A stretch of 64,000 bases of DNA from Octopus vulgaris (GCA_951406725.2 OX597816.1:176762001-176826000), one strand, 5' to 3'. Counted from the first letter of the stretch, positions 24,691-38,770 are shown. Numbers and translations: made by a program. Notes: a model not told the origin generated them from the sequence alone.

Positions 24691-27600
24691 CTAGCAGAGA
24701 TACCTGGCGTTGCCCGGTTACATTCAATTGAAGAATTAGACTTTTCTGTTATATATATATATGGATACACACACACCTATATATGTATATTAATATAAAT
24801 ACATGAAAGTACATGAAGTTTGTTAAAAAAAAGGGAATCATGTATATACCTCCTGGCTGTTGAGATTATAACACCTCGTTGTAAACAATGTTCCTTGTTT
24901 TTCCTTGTGGAGCATATACAAAAAGGTTTCTGTTGGTTCCTACTCTTGAGCAGCCAACATACAGTTGCCCATGCGAGAAGCAGGGCTCTTCCAAGAGAAG
25001 ACCAGCTACAGAGAGGGTTTGACCCTGAGATTTGTTAATGGACATGGCAAAGCTGACATGAAGGGGGAATTGCAGTCTTCTGAATGTTAATGGAATTTCT
25101 GCTCCTGATGGAGTAAGAGGAATTCTTGGAATAAAGACGTCATCACCTTTTCCACATCCAGAAAGAATGATTGCCTCGATAACGTGTGACATCATTTTCT
25201 TTATCACCAGTCGTGTTCCATTGCAAAGTCTTGGTGGTTCCAGATTGCGGAGTAGCATTACAGGAGTTCCAACTTTAAGTGCTAATATGTGTGGGGGTAG
25301 TCCAGGAGGCTCCAGTGAATTGAGAAATTCAGAAGGATAGTTCACAACTTCATTTATATCTGGAATTGTATCAACAGACTTGTAAGTGTGTATAGTGCTG
25401 GGAAGAGAATGCATTAGCTGTTGATTAATTTTGTTAACAGCGACGTTTTTTGGAGCTAATATTGCTCTTTCACACAGCCAATTGTGATTTTGGTAGTTTT
25501 GTGTGAAGTTGGGAAAGACTTTGTTTTTGAGGTCATCTACAGAATTAACAATGGAGGAAAATGACCACACTTCCATTTGTCCTGCAGCATCGAGAGGCAT
25601 CTTGCCTTCAGCAAGTGTCAAAATGTCCTGTGCAAACTTTGTGGACATTTTGTTGCCGTGTAGCTGAGCTCTCATGTTAGTGGCGAGACTGAGGATTGTA
25701 ACATGATTCCACAGGGTAGAGGACTTTAGGCATGCTTGGACTTCATCTGCTCTAGTGCCTTTCGGAATGACAGGAAGAGTTTGCCTGAAATCACCTGACA
25801 ACAGAAGCGTTACACCTCCCATTAGAGCCTGACAGTTTCAGATGTCTTTCAGGGCTCTATCTAATGCTTCCAAAGCTCCCTTGTGAGCCATATTGCACCC
25901 ATCCCAGACAATTAGATGACACATTTTAAGCACTTGTCCCTGATCTGAGCTTTTGTTGATGTTGCATGAAAACATTTCGGATGCTGCTAAATTGAGAGGG
26001 AGTTTAAAAGTTGAGTGTGCTCTCCTGCCATCGGGTAACAAAGTAGCTTCAATGCCAGAGGAGGCTACAGCTACTGCAATGTCCTGATGCTGCCTAACTT
26101 CTGCAAGGAGAAGCTTTGTAATAAATGTTTTTCCTGTCCCTCCAGGAGCATCGAGGAAGAAGATTTGTCCTTCGCGTTGGCGTACACTGTTAAGAATAGT
26201 TCTGTAGGCCTGCAGCTGGTCTGGAAGTAATTTAGGCTCATTTTCAACAATGTACTTTGAAAGCGCTTGAGTGTCGTAGGTTGTTTCACGAATGGCAGCA
26301 GTGGGAAGGCTATTTGACCCTGACCTGAAAGCTTGTGGCAGGCCATACTTCGACAATTCATTTCCACCCAGTTTAGCAATTCTGTCTTCAATGTCAATGA
26401 GTGTTTTGTTATAGATTTCATTGCTGATACCCTCCATGTCAGGATAGAGCAGTTGAGCTTGGCGCGGAAAGTCTTCAGCCAGGTTGTCTCTATATTTGAG
26501 CCATAGAGTGGCCGGATCACACAGTTCGCATGCCTGTAGTAATACTGCAAATAGTGCCCTGAGATGTTTAGGTGATTGTGATAAAGCAGCCTCTCCTAAA
26601 GTTGCACCCCATTATGCATCATCTTCTAACAGACCTTGTCGATAGCAGGCTTCTCTGTATGTTGTGCAGACATGTCCATGAGCGGTTTTTAGGGCCTGGA
26701 AAGACGTTGGCTCTCTGACCTCATGCAGTAGTAGACGAAGGTAGAAGCACTCTTGCTGAGTGGGATGCACTGTATATACTCGCCCAAGGCAAGTCTGAAA
26801 CTTAATGCCAGGGTATCCATGAACATTTTGACCTGCTTTCCGTGGGGCCCATTTTTTTCCATTCCAAGTGTAGTATGATGGAATCTGTGGATACAGCAAG
26901 GTTTGAGTGAATGGATCCACTTGACAAAGCTTGAAGAATGCAGTGAGTGTGCTATCCCTTGGTTCCTCTGCCAACAGAGAAGCATTAGCATCGGTGAAGT
27001 ACACTCTTTGACCATTTTCCAGGTGCACTGCAAGCTGTTGAATGGCGGGGTGTCGTTGGTGAATTGGAAAGCCAAAGATGCGCCAGAAAGCCTCATTGCT
27101 ACTTATGTACCGTCCCACCTGATAATGCGTCACCTCATCCTGGCAGTATTCTTGTTGAAGTCCAAACATTGCAGCGTCAGAACCCTTGTTTACATATTTG
27201 CAAATGTACTTGATGGATTTAACGGAGTTGCAAAACTCAACGTTGATGTGGGCATTGAAAGTCTTTGACAGGAGTGGGCAGTATGGAACAATCCATCTAT
27301 TATCAACCTCGTGCTGTCTGATAGTTGCTGTGAAACCTCCGTCTTCAGGTTTTCTGCGTCTGTATGATGGATATCCATCAGCACCTGTCTGAGTTTCTTG
27401 TAGTAACCTCCTTGGAAATCTTTTTGAACATATGCTGTCCTTCAAGCATGGTGTGTTTATGTTGAATCCACGCCCACATGGACCATGTACCATGTTTGCT
27501 TTAACTATTTCGTATAGTTCTTTGTCTAAAGCTGGATCAGGAAGCTCTGCAGGGATTATCTTGTCGATGTCATTGGAATTGATCTTTGCTGAGAACCAAA

Positions 27601-30052
27601 GCAGGATATGAGCATGTAGAAGGCCCCTTTTTTGCCACTTGATTGTGTACATGTCACATTGTATGAGCTCCATGAGAGAGATTAACTTCAGATGGAAAAC
27701 TCGGGCGAGGAGGTCATGCCTGTCTTTAGGCTTTTGACCGAAGAAGAGTTTGGCCTGAATCTCCTTCCACTTGGGATTGCATGTGAAAGTTATGAATAGG
27801 TCAGGCCTGCCGTAATGGCGGACAAAGGTCATTGCATCTTGTGTTCTTTCATGCATGTATCGGGGACTTCCAGTGAATGTAGAAGACAAGATGCAAAGTA
27901 TTCCTATGTTTGTTGGAGCAGCATCATTGTTGATAGCATCTCGGAGATGGATGTAGCTGTCAGATTGCAATTTTTTTTTATGTAACCTGATGAAACACAA
28001 TCTCTCTGATTCCATTTTTGCGCACATATCGACTGCAAATTGATGAAACATCTCTCGAGACTGGTGGAGGTGATTACAGCGGTTGTTTCGGGTCATAAAT
28101 CTGTTTGAGTAGAAGTTCATGCAGGATATTGGCTTGTTGAGATCTTCATTAAGATTTTGAGGATGTTACTGTAGTAGACCGATGTGGTAGCCATCCTCAC
28201 CGTTAACAAACAGAAGTGGGTATTGGAGTGAATCGTATGATCTGTGTGTTTCACTAATTCGCTGGAGGGTGGTGTCACATCGCCTGAGGACAATGTCTCT
28301 GGGATTGTGCTGTTCACCGTGAAGGAGTACAGCTATTTCATTGTATGTGGGTGCATTGTAACGGCCTGCATGTTCCCTAGATGGTCTTTTCTGGGCATCA
28401 ATGATAACATTAAAATTTGATGAATCTTCTGTTTTCAAGGTATACTTGAAGCTGCGTACGTAGCTATTTTTCTGGTGCAAAAGGTCTTGCAGTTGCATTA
28501 TCAAGTGAAAGTACCTGTGGAAATGGAATTTCGTTGGGTGGCTTGTTCATGTAAATTACCTACAAAGTACAGTTGAAGGAATTGAGGATCTTGATTTTCA
28601 GCAGGTTCGAGTGATCCTATCCTATGGTAAACCTGTCCCTGCACTTTGAAAGTTGGCATAAACCCGCCTTCGTGAACAACATTAGCGCCGAAAGATGTCA
28701 TTTGGAATGCACAATTGTACTTCCGGATGTTATTCAGGAAATGCTTCGACTCTGTAGTTGTGCCAGCATAGAGTGACTTTAAGAGCTGTGGTGGATCCTG
28801 CAGTGGAGTGAGGTTAACTTTTCCATTAGCGCAACACATTGCAGGAGTTCCTCTTGACCACTTCTTAGCATTGCAGAAAGAGCAAGTGATACAAAATCCA
28901 CTGAGAAGGCTTTTGTTGGTCTGAGGCTACAGCAGAAGACACATGCCAAGTCACCACACAGTGGGACTGAACCCAGGACCATGTGTTTGGTACGTAGTTT
29001 GTTACCACACAGCCACACCTGCCCCTATGTATGTGTGTGTGTGTGTGCGTGTGCGTATGTGTGTATGGGTAGATATATTATGCATGTATATATGTGTATA
29101 TATGTGTACATATTACATGTACATCTATATATATACATCTACACCTAAAATACAAAATACAAAGTTATATCTTGATATCGCTAGTGATAACAATACTCAA
29201 AATATATAACAGACTGGAATTGTAGGCCCGTCTCTTGCAATTTCGATCAATTGGATCTTGTCCTCCCTCTTGTATAGAAGTGTACGGCTGCAGCGAAATT
29301 CATTTTTGGACTTTCTTCTATCGAAGGCATTTTAAGAAAAATGCTTCCATAAAGACGGTGAAAATATTGTCAATTTCCCCAAACAGGGACACAATTCAAT
29401 TTTTAAACAATAACCAAAACCCCTTCTCTGAAAGGGGGAGGGTTACGGTTTACAATTATATAACAAATGCAACACAACAACGTTTCCCTGACGAGGAACC
29501 AACAAACGTGATTACAATAGTCAAACAGTAATAATAATAACAACAAACCTTTTTAATTTATCCCCATTTATGTGAAACCACTTATTCAAGTTCAAGTCAT
29601 TGATGCAATTTTATACGAATTGCTAATACACACACACACACACACAATAAGGGTGAAATATTGAATATTAATTTGATTAATATGAATTGAAAACCAGTGG
29701 TGTAGCATATAAGACAATAGCAAATCTTCTAGCAAAATGGATGACCACTGTTAATGGTTCATCCCTGTTATATAATACTTTCACTTTAATAGTTTCAGTA
29801 TTAAAATGAAAGTGTCTGCATTACAATAGAGAGATGTTTTTGTTTCACTTTTAACACGTAATACTGAAATAGTGGAGAAGATATGATATTGCTGTGGGGT
29901 TGCCCTAGGGAAAAAGTTAAAATTTTTTTTGCTGATGACACTCCCCGGACCTTAAGTAAGGCATGTGTAAAATTTGAATGAAATTGATTGTGTCTCAAGT
30001 TTTAGGGAAACAGACACACAGACAGACATTCTCAGTTTTATATATAGAGAGA
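24691..30052 (-). mobile_element. Inner chimeric Helitron carrying the Rep/helicase region
   Basis: Own 5' TC end (30052) and hairpin + CTAG end (24691), inserted at an A|T site. Confidence 0.85.
24866..28886 (-). pseudogene. Helitron RepHel (zinc finger, HUH Rep, Pif1 helicase), 5'-truncated, with several frameshifts and stops
   Basis: CSFCNAKKW..MCCANGK; GRPDLFITFTCNPKW, WQKRGLLHAHILLW, KYICKYVNKG (Rep motifs 1-3); DAPGGTGKT, GDFRQTLPV, FAMSINKSQGQTL, FSHGQLYVGCSRV (Pif1). Confidence 0.96.
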
Positions 30053-30908
30053 TAAACCAACAGCAGTACTCAGTAGAAGCGGCTGTTCAAGAAAACAGAC
30101 ATTACATACACCAAACTTCATATAGATACTTAATGCTAGCTAATTAGCAGATAATCTAATGTAAAAGCCGTGGTAAACAGTATGTGTACAGCTCCATCTG
30201 GACTATTCCATTTCTGCACACTAATTTTATTTTTAATTTATTCTCATTCATGTGAAACCACTTATTCAAGTTCAAGTCATTGATGCAATTTTATACCAAT
30301 TGCTATTTTTACTTTTGTTATGTTATGATTATATTATACTTTAGTTTGATTTTAATTATTACTTACTACATATAATTCAATTGTTATTATTATCTCTAAT
30401 TTTTATTGTTAAAATGAAAGTATCTGACATAAAATAGAGAAATGTTTTTGTTTCACTTTTAACATGTAATACTGAAATAGTGGAGAAGATATGATATTGC
30501 TATGGGCTCGCCCTAGGCAAGAAGTTGAACATTTTTTTGGCCCATGAAACTACGTGGACCCTAAGTAAGGCACGTGTAAAATTTGAATGAAATTGGTTGT
30601 GTAGTTCTCAAGTTTTAGGGAAACACACAGACACACATTCTCAGTTTTATATATATAGAGATTATGTCTCTCCAAAATTGTCCTAATTTTCCCTCTTGTT
30701 TAAAGTCCTTCTTTATTCTCACAAAGTGCAATGTTAGCATACCTCTTATTTCTAGCTATTAATATATGTCTCTGTTATTTCTTCTTCCAACTCATCCAAT
30801 TATTTTTTCATCTCTAATTGAGTTAAGTGTTCAATCTTAATGAATCTTGTAGTATCATCTGGCTACTATATATCATATGTAATAATGTGATAATTTAAAT
30901 ATAACATA

Positions 30909-31704
30909 CTAGCAGTATCGCCCGGCGTTGCTCGGGTTTGTAAGGGAAATAACTATATAAGCATTTTTAGAGATGTAAAGTATAATAGCCATCTCAATAT
31001 GGCTAACCACAAAGGGGTGGTGGTGTTACTGTAGCTTTTTATGTGCTGAGATTTAATAATAATTTTTTAGAGAGTTACTTCCCTTATATATGCCAAAAAT
31101 GCATTAAAAATGGGAAAAATTGATGGTAAATTTTTTTTTAAATCGTAGACTCATCGTAGACACGCACTAATACCCAGAAGGGCTTGATATGAATCACGAC
31201 TATAAGATACCCGGTTTTGGTTAAACTGCACCGCCAAATGTGGGAGTAGTTAGGAATCTAAATCGTAGGAGACAGACAGCATGCAACCTCACTTTTATAT
31301 ATAACTAGCAGTATCGCCCGGCGTTGCTCGGGTTTGTAATGTAAATAACAATAAAGCATTTTTAGAGAGTTATAGCCAAAAAATAGCAAAGAAATGCATT
31401 AAAAATGGAAAAAATATGATGGTAAATTTTTTAAAAAATCGTTGATTCATCGTAGACATTTTTAGAGAGTTACTTTCCTTATATTTAAAAAAAATATGCA
31501 TTAAAATGGAAAAAAATGATGGTAAATTATTTTTAAAATCGTAGACTCATCGTAGACGCGCGCTAATACCCAGAAGGGCTCGATATGAATCACGACTATA
31601 AGATACCCGGTTTTGGTTAAACTGCACCGCAAAATGTGGGAGTAGTTAGGAATCTAAATCAGAGTAGACAGACACACAACCTTACTTTTATATATAAAGA
31701 AGAT
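30909..31704 (-). mobile_element. Two non-autonomous Helitrons (30909-31304, 31305-31700)
   Basis: a|ctagcagtatcgcccggcgttgctcggg 3' hairpin ends and cttttatatataaaga 5' end; same family as 58986-59787. Confidence 0.9.
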
Positions 31705-32826
31705 ATATTAGCTTCATTTTCCCATTGCTCTAACAGTCCTCCATTTCATGCTGACCAGGTTGAACAGAATCAATATGATTGTTTTAAGATGAATGTATAA
31801 TAATGATTTCTTTTGAGTTGGAACAAAAACAATTTTGTGAGTTGGAAGAGAGTGTGTAATCGATTGAATCAATTCTTCCATGTCATTTTTTAAAAATTAT
31901 TTCTGTTAGGATTTGTACTTAGAAATGTAAAATTAAAAACTATGTCATAACTACATAGTTTAGTTTGATATTATCTGTACAGTTTTCACCTTGTTGTAAT
32001 AAGTGTTGCTTTTTATTAAAGTATGAAAAATTACCTTTACCATTATAATACTATTGATTGTTTCCAATAATTTTATTAGTTAGATCGAACGTGGTTGATG
32101 CCAGCGCCGCCCCGACTGGCTTCTGTGCCGGTGGCATATAAAAAGCACCATCCAAACGTGGCCGTTGCCAGCGCCACCTTGGCTGGCTTCCGTGCCAGTG
32201 GCACGTTAAAAGCTCCAACCGATCGTGGCCGATGCCGGGCCCCCCTGGCACCTGTGCAGGTGGCATGTAAAAAGCACCCACTACACTCGCGGAGTGGTTG
32301 GCATTAGGAAGGGCATCTGCCAGATCAGACTGGAGCCTGGTGCAGCCCCTGGCTTCCCAGACCCCGGTCGAACCGTCCAACCCATGCTAGCATGGAGAAC
32401 GGACGTTAAACGATGATGATGATGATGATGAAATACAGAAAGACAAGTCCTGGCATTCTTTGTGTAAGCCTGGCAAAAACTGATCCGATTGATACAGGTT
32501 GGGGCTGCAGTTATGAAGAGCAATGAAGTGTAAGAGAGAGAAGGGAATGATTAGAAGTGGAAGGAAGGATAGAGTTGGGTCGGTTGTTATGGAGGAGGTA
32601 TGGCCAAGAAGGAAGAAGTGATAAATGTGTTGTGTGTTGGCTGTTGTAGAGGAAGGAGGTAGGCAGCTTGTTTGTTCAGAAACAACAGAGGTAACAACAG
32701 CAGCAAAAATCAAAATATGTGTCTATCAGTAATTGTGATATGTGAATGAGTCTTTACTGATCAGACCCATCCTTCCTTTGGCAGCAGGCTAGGATATCTA
32801 TATGTGCAGACTTAACACTGTCTTAA

Positions 32827-33046
32827 CCCTTTAGTGTTCACATTATTCTGCCAAAATTAATGCTTCTTCATCTACATCGTTTTGAATTAATCATGCATTA
32901 TCTTGGAGCTGTGAGATTTTGATGAGGTAGCTGTTAATTTTTAAAACGATATTGTAGGGTTGGTGTGAGAGACCAGATCTGGCCAGTTTGAGCATAAAAC
33001 AGATTAACTATTTTGGCCGGATATGGCCAGTTTAAATACTAAAGGG
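32827..33046. mobile_element. TTAA-flanked MITE
   Basis: ttaa|ccctttagtgtt ... aatactaaaggg|ttaa. Confidence 0.85.
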
Positions 33047-35159
33047 TTAAATATGTGAGCAGTAGTACTTCAATGCAACTTGCATTTGAATTTTGTAAAG
33101 TTAAGAAGTGCTAAAGTATTTTCTGTTCCTGAAAAGGAGCCTATTCTTTTGAGATGCTGTTTTTTGTTTGTGTTGTCTATTTGAGATAGCCATGAGAGAA
33201 ATCATTGATTAGGAAACCTAGTATTTATAGCAATTCTATGAGAATTAATTTTGTGTTGTTCCTGTGTGGAGAGGCTCTATTAATAAGATTATTTTCTTGA
33301 TATGTGTAGCAATTTTATTTTGGTGTTCTTAGGGGAGAGTAATTCGTATTTCCCCCATTAAGTGTTGTTTTCTAGGAAGCAGTGTATTTCTTGTGTGAAA
33401 TTGGTGTCCCCACCAGTGCTGGTGTCACATAAAAGCATCCAGTCCACACTGTAAAGTGGTTGGTATTTGGAAGGGCATCCAGCTGTAAAAACCATGTCAA
33501 AATAGACCTTGCTAGTGCTGGTGCCACATAAGAAGCACTGCCCACTTTGTAAGGTGGTTGGTGTTAGGAAGGGATGCTAAAATAGCGAAGGGGATGTTTT
33601 ATGCTGGGAGATGAGAGGTAAAAATCATGCCAAAACCCTGAAGCCTGGTGCAGTCTTCTGGCTTGCTAGCTCCTGTCAAACCGTTCAACTCATGTTAGCA
33701 TGGAAAATGGACATTAAATGATGATGATGATTATGATGAAGCTGGGCTGTAAGTGGAAAATACCAGCAGCCTAAAGATAAGTGTTGTATTGTATCAGTTG
33801 TACAGGTATAAGTGTTGTTAGAAGTAACGGGGAAAACGTTTTTGTATACAGAAGTGCGTTAGAGCCATCTGGGAATATCTTGGATTGAAAGCATGGATTG
33901 AAAACAAAAAACATAATCTCCCTTGTTGCATGTTACATTGGCACATCATAACAGTAAATCTCCAGTCCAAGAGATGTGATACAGATGGAGACCCACAAGC
34001 AAAAATTTGTCAGACACAACTAAAAGTTTTGTTGATTTCAAGAGCAGCAACATTATTTTCCATATTAGCTATGTAGTTAAACATTATTGCTTTGCAACAG
34101 ATTAAAGAGAAAGTTTGGCTCTGTGGTTCTATAGAGTTCCTTATAGAAGTATTGAGATTCAATAAAATGAAGAGGAAGCTGATGTTTATGATGGTTTCCT
34201 GCACCTTTGGGATATTTGGAAGCGATAAGTTGGTAGTTGGCATACCCACCTTTTGCTATAGTTTATCTTCACACAGAATGTTTGTGTGTGTGTGTGAGTT
34301 ATCACATTTAAAAGTCTGATTGATAATTCTGAATCTTTTATCATTATGTCAACAGGATACTTCTATGAAAGAAAAGAGCTTTGCATACTAGAAGAATAAA
34401 ATGTAAAATTTTTACATTCTAAACAATTTTTGAGAATTATTTTACCCTTATGCTAGGGAAATGTTTAACTAGTTGCAGCTTAAAAGTACTTATGTTGTGT
34501 TCTGGTTCATTTTTCTTGTCCTGCAGAGACAACTGTGTTGAACTTTCGGTTCATTTCTCTTGTCATATACAGATTACAACTAGTAGCCTTTAGAGTTTTT
34601 GTTCTTTTTATGTTTTCTTCATTTCCAAAAATAATTTTTCAGTTTTCTTTTATTAAGATAAGAAATATAATTGTCAGCTTATATTCAATTTTCCATGCTG
34701 ACATGCATTGGACGGATTTTCTGAAGCAGTGTTTTATGGCCAGATACCTTTTCTGTAGCCAACACTTTTATGGCATTTAAAATGGGATAACCACAGTATA
34801 ATTTAAGTAAATCAGGTTACTGCATAATAAAAAAACCAGTTTCTGTTTTTTCACCTAAATTAGAAGTATTTTATAGAAGGAGCTCTTTATATTTTGTTGT
34901 TTAATGAATGCTTGATTTGAAACAATTAAATAACATGAGTTTAGGAGCAGATATCAATGACAATTGTAATCTGATGTAAACTGTAATTTAAAATCTAAAA
35001 AAGGATCACAACACACATAAATACAGAAACTCTACTTGAAAAAGGATCAGCAAATGAATCAGACACTGACGAAAATTGCTTTTAGACCTCAGTTCTAGAT
35101 TTGGCTCCAATTCCTGGAATTTCCTCACTAATTCCCTTATAGATTCAGCCATGAGAATT

Positions 35160-37080
35160 AGATTGTCAGCATAGAGGCATTCCCAGGGATATCAGGTCTT
35201 AAAACTTCTCTGAAATATTCTCTAGGAGAGGACCGAGGACTGAATCTTTCACACTAAATTGGTCACTGAAATCATTGTTGACATTCACTGTATTTACTGC
35301 TTCTTTGTAAATAGCTTGTACTGCCCTCACAAGCTATTTATCTACACCTAGTTTCTTCAGTGACCACCAAATTACATAATGTGGTGCCATGTGAAATGCC
35401 TGGTCCAAGCCAATGAATCTTAGAAATAAGTGTTTACTCTTCAGGAGAAGTTCTTGGCTCATCAGGAAGATTGCATCCTTGGTATCTCTTCTGGGTATGA
35501 AGCCAAACTGCATCTCATCTATATCTATCCCATCACAGATCAGTTGTTCTATGACTCTTTCTCTTCCCTCTCTCTTTCTGTGTCTATCTGTCTGTCTGTC
35601 TCCCTGTCTCCCTGTCTCCCTGTGTGTCTGTCTGTCTCTCTGTGTGTCTGTCTGTCTGCTTCTCTGTGTGTCTGCCTGTCTCTCTCTGTGTCTGTCTGTC
35701 TCTGTCTGCCTGTCTGTCTCTCTCACTGTGTCTGTCTGTCTCACTTGCTGTGTCTGTCTGTCTGTCTCTCTCTCTCTCTCACACACACCTTCATAACCTG
35801 ATCCAGCAGTTTGATATCTCTATAATTTCCTCACTCTAAGGTATTTCCTTTGTCTTTGTAGCAGCTTACAGTGATACTCCTATGCTAGTCATTGGGTGCA
35901 ACACCTTCCAGTATAACTTGATTAACTAAGTGGTAATCATGTATCCTACTTCAATAGATACTTTGAACATATCTGGAACTATTCCTGATGTAACTGCAGC
36001 TTTACTTCTCATGTCCTTAATCACGTATTTACCATGCTGCTGTCAACTTGAATAGCTGCTCCCCTTGCGGGGTCAATTTGAGGTAGAGCCTCTTTATTCC
36101 ATGCATTCTCCCTATTCAGTATTCTATCATAATAACGCTTTCATACTACTTTCTTCTCTTTCATATTAATAGCAAATATGTCTTCATCCTCCCAAATATA
36201 CTTCTCACTAATCGTATCTTGATTCCCTCTCACTCACTGTCTTGCAACCTTGAATGCTTCTTTGATTCTCATGATGCAAGACACGCACAAGTAACTTCCT
36301 TTCTACTTCACCCTTAGCAAGGATATCTGTCTCTTAGCTGCCCCTCTAGCCATTTAGTGATGCTCTCTACTACTATCATCCTTCCAGGCTTTTTTAAGCC
36401 TCTCCATCAACTGTGTCATTCCACCACCACATCGTCTTCTGTTTGGCTGGGACTTTGCCTCAGTCATATATCTGATCTCTATCCATAAGCAGGTTATTTT
36501 TTTAGAAGTTCTCAGTTGTCATCTATGCTGCATCTATTTAAATCTTTCCCCCTAGAGTCATATGCATCAATTTGAATTTTTTAAAACCCACTCCTAAGTG
36601 TGGAATCTTTTGGCTTTCAAATCTTCCTTCTCCATAATGTCTTGTTTTTGTGTCTGCCTAACTCTGAAATCACTAGCCCTTCATCTATGTTGCATTGGGT
36701 ATTCTTTATCAGGAAGGGCTGTGGTATTGCAATGACCCTTCTGTTCTATTTCCTTGTAAGAATAATTCTGACTTGTGTGTTCACCTATTTGGTAGGTGGT
36801 AAGGTTGTTGATTAAATACTATAAGAGAGTTGCAGATTGTTAGATCATTTGCATCACAACACCAGGAGCCTTACACTCTCCTCATTTCTTGAATCATATT
36901 CATAGCTTTCATGTATGTCACAGAAGTCATCATTGTGTTGACTAACTGTACCAACCCTAGCCTATTAGATATTCATCTTGCTCTCATCTAGGAGACACTA
37001 TGAGAGTATTTGCAGGAAAAAGATCAGGTAGGTTTTCTTTCCTTGCATTGTTTCACAATTGGGCATTGTTGGTATATATT
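35160..37080 (-). mobile_element. Old degenerate RTE LINE with (TGTC)n microsatellite at about 35560-35790
   Basis: [36 protein letters not shown], homologous to ORF 41606..42307. Confidence 0.8.
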
Positions 37081-37877
37081 AGTATTTTTTTTAGTTTATT
37101 AGTTTTATTAGTTTTAGTTTACATGACAGGGCAAGAGGAGACACAAAGGACAGAGAGTCACTGAAGATGTCACAGAAGTATGTGACAAAAGAACGTTGAT
37201 GAACAAATAAATTAAAAATAATAATAACAATAATGAAACTAAAGTGAAGATCAAATAAATAGTGCATATGTTTAATTGGCAAAAGATGACCCTCCCCAAG
37301 TATAACAATCTCTGTTTCAACACACATTTCACATCTCTTTACTCTTTACTCTTTTACTTGTTTCAGTCATTTGACTGCGGCCATGCTGGAGCACCGCCTT
37401 TAGTCGAGCAAATCGACCCTGGGACTTATTCTTTGTAAGCCCAGTACTTATTCTATCAGTCTCTTTAGCCGAACCGCTAAGTGACGGGGACGTAAACACA
37501 CCAGCATCGGTTGTCAAGTAATGCTAGGGAGACAAACACAAACACAGTTTCCGTCTACCAAATCCACTCACAAGGCATTGGTCGGCCCGGGGCTATAGCA
37601 GAAGACACTTGCCCAAGATGCCACGCAGTGTGACTGAACCCGGAACCATGTGGTTGGTTAGCAAGCTACTTACCACACAGCCACTCTTGCGCATCAAGAA
37701 TCTTTCAAAACATACATAAATATTAAAAAATACTTTTGATACAATACAAAACAATAATTTAAGAATCCACATCACTAAACCTTTGAATTTTATTTAAATC
37801 TGAATAAATATTATTATACTAAAATTACTGTTTTAGCTAAAATACAAAAATTATTGATTTTTTTTTGTTTTTTGCAG

Positions 37878-38014
37878 CTATCAAAAGCCCTCAACATTCT
37901 TCAGATGATAAACTTTTACCTGCTATCAATGTGCACAAGATATCAAAAATATTTCCTACCTTAAATGCATACAAGCTACAGCTTGCTCGTGAAAGAACAG
38001 AAAATGCTATGAAG
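37878..38014 (+). CDS. TTLL3: TTLL3/TTLL8-like coding exon 3
   Basis: ttttttgcag| acceptor, frame (A)IKSPQHSSDDKLLPAINVHKISKIFPTLNAYKLQLARERTENAMK, donor AAG|gttata; the end resembles the TTLL3 N-terminal RLRNAKIYVERAVK segment (from memory). Confidence 0.82.
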
Positions 38015-38469
38015 GTTATATTTTACAATTTTTTAAACTTTTATATGTAAAATATTCTACATTTCTTATTCAATCTATATTCAATCTATATTCATTCTAA
38101 GGTGGTGATCTGGCAGAATGGTGATCGTCAGCATGCTGGGCAAAATGCTTAGTGGCATTTTGTCTGTCTTTATATTCTGAGTTCAAATTCCACCAAGATC
38201 AACTTTGCCTTTCATCATTTCAGGGTTGATAAAATAAGTACCAGTTGAACACTGGGGTCCATGTAATTGACTTAACCCCTCCCTTGAAATTGCTGGCCTT
38301 GTACCAAAATTTGAAACCAATATATATTTATTCTTCTTAGAAGTATCTAGACCTCTTCCCATTCAACCAACTTTTCAGTTTTGCATTTATATACTTCTTT
38401 GATTTCTTATTAAAAAATAAAATTATATTAGAAGACATGTCAAAGATGAGTTGACTATATGTTGTTGCT

Positions 38470-38770
38470 TGTTCCTTCTTGAGTCACGCCTGGCTCATAA
38501 GGGCTGCTTTCCTGGTTTCATTGGCGTATAGGTTCCCCACCTGGACAGGACGCTGGTCCTTCACAGGTGAGCTGCAAGATGCAGGGGCAAAGAGTGAGAG
38601 AAAGTTGTGGCAAAAGAGTCAGCAGAAGTTCACCATTACCTTCTGCCGGAGCTGCGTGGAGCTTAGGTGTTTCGTTCATAAACACATACATCGCCCGGTC
38701 TGAGGTTCAAACCTGCGATCCCTCAACCTCGAATCTGTTGCTCTAACCACTAGACCATGTGCCTCCACAT
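38470..38770 (-). mobile_element. tRNA-derived SINE (family A-like head, different body)
   Basis: Reverse complement begins gtggaggcacatggtctagtggttagagcaacag..caggtttgaacctcagaccgggcg. Confidence 0.75.

Larger units (their letters stand above)
23710..30661 (-). mobile_element. Composite Helitron: outer non-autonomous element (23710-24690 + 30053-30661) containing an inner element
   Basis: On the minus strand: a|TCTCTATATATATAAAACTGAG 5' end at 30661 and hairpin + CTAG|t 3' end at 23710; no TSD. Confidence 0.85.

Noticed and set aside
24866-26437. Host PIF1 helicase gene
   Set aside because: It is intronless, disrupted, fused to a HUH Rep domain and bounded by Helitron termini.
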